From an archaeon GW2011_AR10 (lineage in GTDB: Archaea > Iainarchaeota > Iainarchaeia > Iainarchaeales > GW2011-AR10): DNA of 32,000 nucleotides. Below the pieces are notes generated by a model that saw only the letters and a program-made list of their open reading frames with translations, had not been told where the DNA came from and did not search any database. This document shows positions 1-7,753 of the stretch, piece after piece (position 1 is the first letter of the stretch; every line of letters begins with the position of its first letter). A program made the position numbers and the translations under genes. The stretch is from assembly GCA_000830275.1 (NCBI GenBank), contig CP010424.1, positions 1,080,001 to 1,112,000 on the forward strand, read 5' to 3'.

Positions 1-240
1 GTCAGCTGAAACGGTTGAATGCCATTTCCTGTGAAATGCAGATTCCTGCTTTGATTCCTCTGCGTTAACTTTTAACAGCACGATTCTGCCGGAGCAGCTG
101 CTTGAAGTGAAAAACTGCTTGGTTGAAGCAATGAATCGGCATAGGGAAACCAGTTGGGGGTCCATTTTTCCGTTTATGGCAGCGTCCTCAAATGTTTTTT
201 TGTGGTGTTCTTTCACCATTTCGAACCTTTTTTCAAGCAT
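1..240 (-). CDS. taw3: tRNA wyosine-derivative methyltransferase Taw3/TYW3; N-terminal 80 aa only, gene runs off the window start
   Basis: Hand translation of the minus strand from ATG at 240-238 gives MLEKRFEMVKEHHKKTFEDAAINGKMDPQLVSLCRFIASTKQFFTSSSCSGRIVLLKVNAEESKQESAFHRKWHSTVSAD. The FFT(S/T)SSC(S/A)GRI block is the TYW3/Taw3 family signature. The frame stays open to position 1. Not in the supplied ORF track. Confidence 0.75.
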   Translation of the reverse strand, partial: MLEKRFEMVKEHHKKTFEDAAINGKMDPQLVSLCRFIASTKQFFTSSSCSGRIVLLKVNAEESKQESAFHRKWHSTVSAD

Positions 241-312
241 GCGGCCAACTCATTATGTAGAACTTACTACATTAAATTTTTAATCCTCTTCCAGGGAAAT
301 ATTTTAGATATA

Positions 313-1119
313 ATGTTAAAAAAGCCTTTATTTTTGCTCGCGCTCTTGGTTCTTTTTCCGCTTGCTTTAGCCGATGTACTTATGATTTCGCCGTTTGAGA
401 AAACGCTTTCGGTTGGTGATGTGGTTGAACTTGGCTCAATCGCTCCAGGCGAATCCTTTGAACTGATATTCTCTGATGAAAGCCTTTTGGGGCAGGAAAT
501 TATGTGGAGCAAGGCTTCAGTGAAGCAGTCTTCGCTTCCTGCAGCATGGGCTGCCATTGACTCGGAGGAAGGAAAGAAAAGACTTGTTGTTTTGGTTTCA
601 GTGCCTGCAGCAGCAAAACCAAATGTTTACCAGTTTAAAGTGGCTCTATCCAACGATGACTTTCAACTCAGCGAGGAAATAACAGCCAAAATAGATGTAA
701 AGAAGGGCCTTATCAAAGCAGTAATTGACGAGGCAGAGCTAAACCAAAGCCCGATGGTAAACGAGAAAGTTAAGTTCAACATTGTTCTAACAAACTCCTC
801 AATTTCTGATCACAGGGTAAAGGTCAAGTCAACACTGCCTTTCAACTGGTTCGAGGAAAAAGAATTCATTGTGCCGGCAAAGCAGGTTGTAGAACAGCAA
901 CTGTTAGTGGCCCCAAGGGTTTTCGGCAGAAAGGCATTCTCGTTTTCTGTGGTTTCAGAGCTGAATGGAGAGCACATTTCCTCTTTTGATTCAGTGCTCA
1001 GCGTAAAACCAACGCTTAAGGGAAAGTTTGCTTCTTCTATTTCCGGGTTCCCGTTCTTCACTGTAACGCTGTTGCCTTACCATTTCTTTAACGCATTGTT
1101 CTCCTTGTTTTTTGTTTGA
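313..1119 (+). CDS. Secreted/cell-surface protein with N-terminal signal peptide and C-terminal hydrophobic anchor; function unknown
   Basis: The internal ATG at 313 gives MLKKPLFLLALLVLFPLALADV, a classic signal peptide. The body is beta-rich and the C-terminus (GFPFFTVTLLPYHFFNALFSLFFV) is hydrophobic. The track ORF start at 154 would overlap the divergent taw3 gene. Confidence 0.6.
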   Translation: MLKKPLFLLALLVLFPLALADVLMISPFEKTLSVGDVVELGSIAPGESFELIFSDESLLGQEIMWSKASVKQSSLPAAWAAIDSEEGKKRLVVLVSVPAAAKPNVYQFKVALSNDDFQLSEEITAKIDVKKGLIKAVIDEAELNQSPMVNEKVKFNIVLTNSSISDHRVKVKSTLPFNWFEEKEFIVPAKQVVEQQLLVAPRVFGRKAFSFSVVSELNGEHISSFDSVLSVKPTLKGKFASSISGFPFFTVTLLPYHFFNALFSLFFV

Positions 1120-1139
1120 TTCCACTTGAATGAAGTCTT

Positions 1140-2732
1140 ATGGCAAAGCAGATGCTTGCACTGAACCGGATTCTTTCGGAGGTTAGAGAGGGCAGCATTC
1201 AGTCTCAGTTCCAGCTCAACAAGGTGAAAATCCGGGCAGCCAGAAAGTTCGGGTTAAAGCAACTTCCAACAAACGCTGAAATTATTGCTGAAGCATCAGA
1301 AGAGGACAGGCGCGCCTTTCAGAGAATCCTTTCCAGAAAACCTGTTAGAAGCATTTCAGGCGTAACAGTTGTTGCAGTAATGACAAAGCCTTATGGCTGT
1401 GTTGCCAAATGCATTTACTGCCCTTCCTCTCTTGTGCCAGGCAAAGAAACCCCTAAAAGCTACACTGGCTTTGAGCCTTCAACAAGGCGCGGCATGATGT
1501 TCAACTTCAACCCGTACAGGATTGTCGAGAACCGGCTGAAGCAGTACAGGGAAATAAACAATTTTTCTCCAAAAATTGAGCTCATACTTCAAGGAGGAAC
1601 ATTCACTGCGCTGCCTTTTTCTCATCAAAAATATTTTGTAAAGCGCTGCTTTGATGCGGTCCTCGGGAAAACAACAAGCTCTTTGAGTGAAGCGAAGTCA
1701 CTTGCCGAACACAGCCAAAACCGGGTTGTAGGGTTGACAATCGAAACAAGGCCTGACTGGTGCAAGGAAAAGGAAATAAACCGGATGCTTTCCTATGGCG
1801 TAACCAGGGTTGAGTTAGGGGTGCAAAACCCTGACAATGAAATATACAGGCGCTCAAACAGGGGCCACACAGTTGAGGATGTTGTCGAGTCAACGCAGTT
1901 GCTGAAGGATTCCTCGCTGAAAGTATTATATCATTTAATGCCAGGCTTGCCAGGCTCAACACCTGAAGCTGATTTGAGAAACTTTAGGAAAGTTTTTTCA
2001 GAGCAGGAATTCTTGCCTGACATGGTAAAAATTTATCCCTGCCTTGTAATTGATGGCACACCACTTCACAGGTTATGGGAAAAAGGCTTGTTCGAACCGC
2101 TTTCAACAGAGAAAGCAGCAAAGCTTGTTGCAAGGCTTAAAGAGTTTATTCCAAGGTACGTAAGGGTTATGAGAATACAGCGCGACATTCCAAGTAATCT
2201 GGTTGCAGGCGGGGTAAAGAAAACAAATTTGCGGCAGCTAGTGGAAAAAGAGCTTGAAGCCAAAGGAATAAAGTGCAATTGCATTCGCTGCAGGGAAATC
2301 GGTTTCAAAAACCTAAAGCATAGTGAGGTTGAAGGCCTTGCACCTGAGCTTTTAAGGGAAGACTACAATGCGAGCAAAGGCTCGGAAGTGTTCCTTTCAT
2401 TTGAAGACAAGAAAAGCAATGCGTTGTTTGGATTCTGCAGGTTAAGAATTCCGTTCAAGCCGTTCAGAAAAGAAATCACTCCAAAAACCGCCCTCCTAAG
2501 GGAGCTGCACGTTTACTCCAAGGCACTGGAACTTTCCTTAAAGCCTTCAAATGGAGAGTTCCAGCACAGGGGCTTTGGCCAAAAGCTTGTGTTGGAAGCT
2601 GAGAGAATTGCAAGGGAAGAGTTTGATTGCAACAAGATAGTGGTTATTGCGGGCATCGGCGTGAAGCAATACTACCGCGAAAAAATCGGTTATGCCAATG
2701 AAGGCGTTTATGTTTCGAAATCCCTGCAATAA
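1140..2732 (+). CDS. elp3: Elongator protein 3 homolog (radical SAM plus GNAT acetyltransferase; tRNA U34 modification)
   Basis: 530 aa. Radical-SAM CX3CX2C motif (CVAKCIYC) at nt 1398-1421. Elp3-typical blocks are present: LILQGGTF, ETRPDWC, GVTRVELGVQ, and a C-terminal GNAT block QHRGFGQKL. Confidence 0.95.
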   Translation: MAKQMLALNRILSEVREGSIQSQFQLNKVKIRAARKFGLKQLPTNAEIIAEASEEDRRAFQRILSRKPVRSISGVTVVAVMTKPYGCVAKCIYCPSSLVPGKETPKSYTGFEPSTRRGMMFNFNPYRIVENRLKQYREINNFSPKIELILQGGTFTALPFSHQKYFVKRCFDAVLGKTTSSLSEAKSLAEHSQNRVVGLTIETRPDWCKEKEINRMLSYGVTRVELGVQNPDNEIYRRSNRGHTVEDVVESTQLLKDSSLKVLYHLMPGLPGSTPEADLRNFRKVFSEQEFLPDMVKIYPCLVIDGTPLHRLWEKGLFEPLSTEKAAKLVARLKEFIPRYVRVMRIQRDIPSNLVAGGVKKTNLRQLVEKELEAKGIKCNCIRCREIGFKNLKHSEVEGLAPELLREDYNASKGSEVFLSFEDKKSNALFGFCRLRIPFKPFRKEITPKTALLRELHVYSKALELSLKPSNGEFQHRGFGQKLVLEAERIAREEFDCNKIVVIAGIGVKQYYREKIGYANEGVYVSKSLQ

Positions 2733-2772
2733 GAAAAGCATTTATTTAAGTTTGGTAATCTCTTCTTAGGCC

Positions 2773-3075
2773 ATGAACCCAAAAGAAGAATTTATACGGT
2801 TTGTTCAGGATAACCCCTCTTACTACTATATTGTGCAGTCAGGGCTTTTTCTGGAGCTCTTAAACTTCATTTGCTCTGCCGCAAAAAACACTACTGACAT
2901 TTACTCGCATTTTGCCGGCATTGAAAACTCTGACGTTGAAGAAATGCTGCAGGTGTTGCTGGCAGCCAAGCTTATTTCTAGGGCCAGGGGTTCAGACAGG
3001 GAAATATATTACTGTACGGATGCAGCCAGAACCCTCATAGAAAAATACAATGCAGCCAAAAAGTTTATGGGTTGA
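2773..3075 (+). CDS. Small hypothetical protein, possibly winged-helix DNA-binding
   Basis: 100-aa ORF with ATG start. The helix-rich pattern (TDIYSHFAGIENSDVEEMLQVLLAAKLISR...IYYCTD) resembles a wHTH; this is a motif-level impression only. Confidence 0.5.
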   Translation: MNPKEEFIRFVQDNPSYYYIVQSGLFLELLNFICSAAKNTTDIYSHFAGIENSDVEEMLQVLLAAKLISRARGSDREIYYCTDAARTLIEKYNAAKKFMG

Positions 3076-3095
3076 TAGGCTAATTTCAATCAGGT

Positions 3096-3119
3096 AATTC
3101 CACTGTTTTCAAACAGTGG
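3096..3119. repeat. Perfect 9+9 palindrome CCACTGTTT-TC-AAACAGTGG (3100-3119), core of an element of about 60 nt repeated in inverted orientation at 24715-24775
   Basis: Read directly. GGTAATTCCACTGTTTTCAAACAGTGGTTAGGT here matches GGCAATTCCACTGTTTTGAAACAGTGGTTTAGT on the reverse complement of 24726-24758. It lies about 35 nt upstream of a TATA-like box (tttataat, 3152-3159) and about 75 nt upstream of the ATG at 3185. Confidence 0.8.
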
Positions 3120-3184
3120 TTAGGTAAAATTGCCCAATATATACTATATACTTTATAATGATATAAGGTGTAGAAGAGAATCTT

Positions 3185-3532
3185 ATGGCTAAATCGTTTA
3201 TGGCTACCCTGGGGGTTGGAAAAGGGACCTGGGGCCACGTCGCAAGGCTTATTACTGAAGAGCAATTCAAAAAGATTGTCCTAATTTCAACAGAGTGGGG
3301 TAAAGAGAATTTCGCCCCCCAAAAGGAATGCGACTGGGTTATTGTAAACAATAGGGCTGGATTTGAGGTAATAAAAGATGAAATCAAGGGAAAGCTGCCT
3401 GACGGGGAAATATGCGTTTCACTAGTCAGCGGTTCAGGCAAAGAGCATATGGCACTGTTGGCAGCCTTAAAGGAATCAAACAAACCATTTCAAGTGGTAA
3501 CTTTAACCGGTAACGGAGTAAAGTACTACTGA
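3185..3532 (+). CDS. Small Rossmann-like protein, candidate stand-alone CARF-like ligand-sensing domain (hypothetical)
   Basis: 115 aa. It shows an alternating beta/alpha pattern. An N-terminal strand plus Gly/Thr loop (FMATLGVGKGTWG) and a later VSLVSGSGKEHMALLAALK resemble the two CARF signature regions (hhhxxGxS/T and xTGGTKxMxxA). Its stop at 3530-3532 abuts the next gene. Confidence 0.45.
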   Translation: MAKSFMATLGVGKGTWGHVARLITEEQFKKIVLISTEWGKENFAPQKECDWVIVNNRAGFEVIKDEIKGKLPDGEICVSLVSGSGKEHMALLAALKESNKPFQVVTLTGNGVKYY

Positions 3533-3542
3533 AGTGAGCCTG

Positions 3543-3911
3543 ATGGCAGACATTTTTCTTCCCTTAGCAGTTTTGGTAATTCTAATCCTGGCAGTGCTTG
3601 TTTTAGTGCTTTTCAGGCAGAACCATTTTCTCCGCCAGCAAATTGAGGGACTGGTTTTTCAGAAAACGAGCCAGTCAGTAAAGTACGGGAAGCTCACAGA
3701 GCAGTTCATTCCCTTCACGCAGGATTTTCCTTTTGACGTGCAGCAGTTCCGCTTTATTGGAAACCCGATTGATGGAATAGTGTTTGACGAGGACAGCATA
3801 TATTTTTGTGAATTCAAGACCGCGTCCTCACAGCTTAATGCAAGGCAGAAGAAAGTAAAAGAGCTTGTTGAAGAAAAGAAGGTTAAGTGGTTCGAGTTCA
3901 GGCTCCGTTAA
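3543..3911 (+). CDS. Membrane-anchored Holliday-junction-resolvase-like PD-(D/E)xK endonuclease (COG4741-like)
   Basis: N-terminal TM helix (IFLPLAVLVILILAVLVLVLF) followed by basic residues, which predicts a cytoplasmic C-domain. The C-terminal block GNPIDGIVFDEDSIYFCEFKTASSQLNARQKKVKELV carries a D...ExK nuclease motif. The start could instead be GTG at 3534, 1 nt after the upstream stop. Confidence 0.7.
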   Translation: MADIFLPLAVLVILILAVLVLVLFRQNHFLRQQIEGLVFQKTSQSVKYGKLTEQFIPFTQDFPFDVQQFRFIGNPIDGIVFDEDSIYFCEFKTASSQLNARQKKVKELVEEKKVKWFEFRLR

Positions 3912-3919
3912 GGCTGCTG

Positions 3920-4963
3920 CTACCATCTCACTGCGTATCGTAGCAGTGCAGCAACCCCGCCTATGCCCTTAAGCTTTCTGCCGGCATCGTTTTTTACTGA
4001 AACAATATGGATTTCTCCGTTGAGCTTTTCAGCCCTTTCAAGAAGCTCCTCTGCTTTTTTCCTGTTGGAGAGCAGAAACTCGTCGCTTACAAGCAAAGCC
4101 GAAATTGCCCCTGAATCAATTGCGTTCTCCGTTTCTTTCAGGCTTGCTGCTGCAAGGCCTTTTCCTTTTCCAAGCTCCTCGAAAACCCTTTCCACTAGTT
4201 TGGTTTCTTTTGCAAGCTGTGTTTCCTCCACAATTCTCTCCAAAATGCCTGACTTCAGCAGCTCGTTCAAACCACTTATTCCCACTGAATTGATTTGCTC
4301 AAAGAAAGCATTAAGCTTAATTCCTTTTTCTTCCAAGTATTTTTCCAGATTGTTTTTTGTGAAGCCCGGCCCAGCAAAAACAATTTTTTCAGGCTTGATT
4401 TCTTCAATCTTGCTTATAATTTTCTCAAAGTAGTGGTTTTCTTTTTCCTCGTCCTTAAACCGTTTTCCATGCTTTCCTGCGATCAGCCTTCCTCTAGGCT
4501 CAAAATCAAACTCTTTCAGCAAAGCGAATTCTGCTTCTTCGTCATCCAACACTACTAGAAGCGTTTTAACTCTTCCTGCAGCGCGCTTTGCTTTATGGAG
4601 TCTTTCAATCTGGTAGTTCTTCAACGCTTTTTTTTTCACTGTTATTTCCTTTCCCGGCACAACTTCTAGTGCGTGATGTGATTTAAGCTCCACATACTCT
4701 TCCGGTTTTCCTGTCATAACCACTCCAAGCACTCTGAGGTTTCCAGAGCTTTCATGGAATTCAATCCTTTCAGCGTCCAATTCCACAAAAATGTTTTCCT
4801 TTGAGGCCTTCAAGCCTTCTTCCTTTGGCTTTACTTTTCTTTCAGCCTTGCCGCTGACCACATCATGTTCTTCAATTAACCTTTCAAGGTGCCACAAATC
4901 ATCCAGGTTGTCTGGCACAACTTTGAAGGAATTATTCTTTTGGTCAATTTTAAGGATTCGCAT
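3920..4963 (-). CDS. pelA: Pelota/Dom34 ribosome-rescue factor
   Basis: 347 aa. The N-terminus MRILKIDQKNNSFKVVPDNLDDLWHLERLI is the canonical Pelota N-domain. An eRF1-like central and C-terminal region follows (GPGFTK, GGVAALLRY). Confidence 0.95.
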   Translation of the reverse strand: MRILKIDQKNNSFKVVPDNLDDLWHLERLIEEHDVVSGKAERKVKPKEEGLKASKENIFVELDAERIEFHESSGNLRVLGVVMTGKPEEYVELKSHHALEVVPGKEITVKKKALKNYQIERLHKAKRAAGRVKTLLVVLDDEEAEFALLKEFDFEPRGRLIAGKHGKRFKDEEKENHYFEKIISKIEEIKPEKIVFAGPGFTKNNLEKYLEEKGIKLNAFFEQINSVGISGLNELLKSGILERIVEETQLAKETKLVERVFEELGKGKGLAAASLKETENAIDSGAISALLVSDEFLLSNRKKAEELLERAEKLNGEIHIVSVKNDAGRKLKGIGGVAALLRYAVRW

Positions 4964-5020
4964 GAATTAATAATAGAGAAGCAGGGGTTTAAATTAGGTA
5001 ATTCCTCTGTTGTTTTCCCA

Positions 5021-6538
5021 TTAAAAGAAATAGCGGGTTTCAACAGTGTAGGAAACTGTTTTTTCGCCTTTTGCCGGAACCTTGACCGTGAACTCAATTT
5101 CTGTTGCGCTTTTTTTCTCAAAGGCATCAGAGTTGCTTGTAACGGTTGCATAGGGGCCGATTCTCTCTACCACAACAACCTCTATTTCAGTGTCCTTCTG
5201 GTTTTCAAGGGTTATCTCGTAGCTGTCAAGGTAAACTCCTTTCCTTACATTAACTGATTCTGTCTGTATTCTTTCACCGCTCACATCAAAAGCGTTCCCG
5301 ACAAACAGCCTTACCTCGTCCTCTGTTTTAGTATGGTCGATGCTGTCTTCCCCCAAAAACTGGAGCTGGCCGGAACTGTCTTCCTTGTAAACTCTTACAA
5401 TTCCTTTAGGCAAAGGCACGCCAAGCGCTTGTTCCTCAGAATTCTTGAACTTAAGTTTAACTTGCACTTTGTTTCCCTGCGCTGCACCGTCAAACACAAA
5501 CTCTTTCTGCACAGGAACATTTTCTGAGGCAAGCAGTGAAATCTGCTTTGTCTCGTTGTCCTTTATATCGGTTGTTCTATCCAAAGTGTAAAGATGGTAC
5601 TCAAAAAGCGCTTCCTCAGTGAAAGCCTTTGGCACTGCACCTCCAAGTGCTTCAGCATAATCGTAATACCTGTCAGGGTATGGCTGCACTGGACTAACCA
5701 AGTGAATGTCTCCTGCAACAAGCTTCAGTTTAGTGTTAGGGTATGAAGTGCCGGAGCTATTGGTTATTGTTGTCCAGCCAGAAAAATCCATTGCTGTTTC
5801 CTCTTCATTTACCTTTGCAACATAGTCTGCTCTCCAGTTCATTCCAGAGGTTAAATAAACAGTCTGAGTGTTCCTTTTGCCAGTGCTTTCAGTCCATATT
5901 TTCCACACAAGTGTGGGCTTTGTTATCAAGCCTTCAGGCAACTCTGGAAAAGAAATCCTTGAAATGTTTGAAAGAGCCACAATTCCTTCCCCTGTTTCCA
6001 AGAGCAGGCCATCGCTTGCATTCAGCAGCTTTCCGGTGAAAGTGGCTGTTGAATCGCCTTCAATCACTTCAACAGTTATTTCCTTGTCAATGTACTTTTC
6101 AAGCATTTTGGCCTCGCTCACTATGTCAAACTCGTAGTTTTGCTCCAGCACAATCGTGTCCTCAAAGCTTAGGTCCCGGAACAAAACAGATGTTGCGTCA
6201 ATCTGCGAGGCAATGTCCTTGTACTCCACAAGATTCACTCCTGACTCCAAAAACATTTCCCTAACTTCTTTCACCAGCGCCAGGTTCTGGTTGTAAACAG
6301 TTAGTTCGGTGCTGGTCTTTTCGCCTGCTTTCTTTGCATCCCCCAGCTCTTGAAAGAACAGCTCTGGCTTTTCAACAGAAACCTTGTAAGAGTAATCGCT
6401 CACATTAACCAGTGGAGCGCTTTTCCTAACAGGCTTTAATTCCTCTATCTTGGGCAGCATTACCAGTACGCCGATAACCAGAATGGCAGCAACAGCCACA
6501 AGTGCAAATGCAATTACTTTCTTGTCCACAAAAACCAC
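5021..6538 (-). CDS. DUF4139-family protein with N-terminal membrane anchor
   Basis: 505 aa. N-terminal TM (VIAFALVAVAAILVIGVLV). It has DUF4139-like blocks (TVYNQNLALVKEVR, GMNWRADYVAKV, LFEYHLYTL). The start is GTG. Confidence 0.7.
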   Translation of the reverse strand: MVFVDKKVIAFALVAVAAILVIGVLVMLPKIEELKPVRKSAPLVNVSDYSYKVSVEKPELFFQELGDAKKAGEKTSTELTVYNQNLALVKEVREMFLESGVNLVEYKDIASQIDATSVLFRDLSFEDTIVLEQNYEFDIVSEAKMLEKYIDKEITVEVIEGDSTATFTGKLLNASDGLLLETGEGIVALSNISRISFPELPEGLITKPTLVWKIWTESTGKRNTQTVYLTSGMNWRADYVAKVNEEETAMDFSGWTTITNSSGTSYPNTKLKLVAGDIHLVSPVQPYPDRYYDYAEALGGAVPKAFTEEALFEYHLYTLDRTTDIKDNETKQISLLASENVPVQKEFVFDGAAQGNKVQVKLKFKNSEEQALGVPLPKGIVRVYKEDSSGQLQFLGEDSIDHTKTEDEVRLFVGNAFDVSGERIQTESVNVRKGVYLDSYEITLENQKDTEIEVVVVERIGPYATVTSNSDAFEKKSATEIEFTVKVPAKGEKTVSYTVETRYFF

Positions 6539-6645
6539 AAATAACTTGCATCCTCAAGTTTATAAATAATTCTCCTTTTTGTTAGGTTTTCCCCTAACAA
6601 ACCAAATAAATTTCCCTTTTAAACCTTTCAAAGCGCAGAATAGCT

Positions 6646-7476
6646 ATGCCTGACTTCATTAAGGTGCTGCAAGACATGGAAGCGTTGAACCGCTTTAAAG
6701 CCGCAATTTCAAGGCAGCACTCTCATGGAAAATTAAAGGCCGCATTCATTTCCTCGGTAAAAGAAAACACGTCCGGCCTAAAAAAAGTGGCAGTGCTTTT
6801 TTCTGGCGGAGTTGACTCCGCCTTGGTTGCAAAAGCAGTCAGCGAAGAAGTTAAAGAAACAGTTCTTTTTTGCTCTGGAACAAGTACGGCACCAGATTTA
6901 AACGATGCAGAAAAAGCGGCAAAGCAGCTTAACCTGCCTTTAGTGAAAATAATTGTTAAAGAAAAAGAATTGCCTTCTCTCATCAATGAGTCAAAAAAAA
7001 TCATTAATTCCAATGCTGTTCTCCAGCTTCAGATTGCCGTGCCGGAACTGGCTTCAATGCAGGAAGCGAAAAGGCAGGGCTTTGAGTTTGTTTTCTGCGG
7101 TCAAGGGAGTGATGAGTTGTTCTGCGGCTACAATTCTTTCAGGAAAGTGCTGGCCGAAAAAGGGTTTGACGGAGTTCAAGAGGAAATCTGGAACAAGCTC
7201 GAGAATTTGTGGGAGCACGACCTGAAAAGGGATTTGTCAATAGCAGAGCACTTTAAACTGAAGTTAAAGGCACCGTTCTTATACTATGATTTCGCTTTGC
7301 AGGCAATGGCTTTTCCCTCTGAAACAAAAATTTTTTCACCAGAAGACGAGCTGCGAAAGCACCCAATAAGGCAGCTAGCCAAAGAGCTGGGCCTGCCTGC
7401 ATCAATTTACGCTAAAAGAAAAAAAGCAATACAGTATGGCTCTGGCATTGCAAGTAAAGTTAGTGGGCTGATTTAA
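6646..7476 (+). CDS. PP-loop ATP pyrophosphatase related to the asparagine synthetase B C-terminal (synthetase) domain; no glutaminase domain
   Basis: 276 aa. It has the SGGVDS PP-loop (VLFSGGVDSALVA) and an AsnB-like QGSDELFCGY motif. There is no N-terminal Ntn glutaminase region. Confidence 0.8.
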   Translation: MPDFIKVLQDMEALNRFKAAISRQHSHGKLKAAFISSVKENTSGLKKVAVLFSGGVDSALVAKAVSEEVKETVLFCSGTSTAPDLNDAEKAAKQLNLPLVKIIVKEKELPSLINESKKIINSNAVLQLQIAVPELASMQEAKRQGFEFVFCGQGSDELFCGYNSFRKVLAEKGFDGVQEEIWNKLENLWEHDLKRDLSIAEHFKLKLKAPFLYYDFALQAMAFPSETKIFSPEDELRKHPIRQLAKELGLPASIYAKRKKAIQYGSGIASKVSGLI

Positions 7477-7485
7477 TTCAACTCA

Positions 7486-7745
7486 AAAGATACCTCGGCT
7501 TTTAAGCCGCGGTCATTGGTCTCGGTATCTTTTCAACACTTTGTCAAGTGAAATAAAAACACCTGTTTTCTTTTTGACAAAGTGTTGCGTTGACGGGTTC
7601 ATGACGTCCATTAAATGTTTGGATATCCCTGCCTTAAGCCTTTTAGAAAACCCAAGCAAAATCAGGGATTTTGCGGGCCTCGCAAAACCAAAGGTTTTAC
7701 GAGGAGGCTTGCGAAAAAGAGGCTGCGCCTTTAGGCAGGGGAGGG
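7486..7745. ncRNA. Highly structured convergent intergenic region; candidate ncRNA or terminator cluster, class unknown
   Basis: Three stems were read directly: AAAAGATACC (7486-7495) with GGTATCTTTT (7524-7533); a perfect 14-bp stem CAACACTTTGTCAA (7534-7547) with TTGACAAAGTGTTG (7573-7586); and GCAAAATC-agg-GATTTTGC (7655-7674). A stem cctcg...cgagg lies around 7678-7705. A long-range pairing joins CCCTGCC (7627-7633) to GGCAGGG (7734-7740). The segment is locally more GC-rich than its flanks. Confidence 0.25.
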
Positions 7746-7753
7746 CGTCATTT

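Noticed and set aside
154-312. N-terminal 53-codon extension of the surface-protein ORF (track start at 154)
   Set aside because: It overlaps the divergent taw3 start region. The internal ATG at 313 yields a textbook signal peptide, and the extension has no coding-like character.
3963-4558. Plus-strand ORFs of 156, 62 and 87 aa antisense to pelota. The same pattern is seen at 20198-20803 (201 aa) over the ATPase, 26637-27212 (191 aa) over rfcS, 22167-22667 (166 aa) over the membrane protein and 9971-10390 over apgM.
   Set aside because: All are shadow frames of confidently identified genes. They have Ser/Leu/Phe-rich, low-complexity translations and no motifs.
7477-7753. Possibility that the structured gap is a tRNA, SRP RNA, RNase P RNA or C/D-box sRNA
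   Set aside because: There is no T-loop (GTTCRAATC) or cloverleaf and no conserved SRP helix-8 GGAAG...AGCA motif. There is also no RNase P CR-I (GAGGAAAGTCC). The architecture is a series of hairpins rather than a rod or a P1-closed fold. It is kept only as an unclassified candidate.
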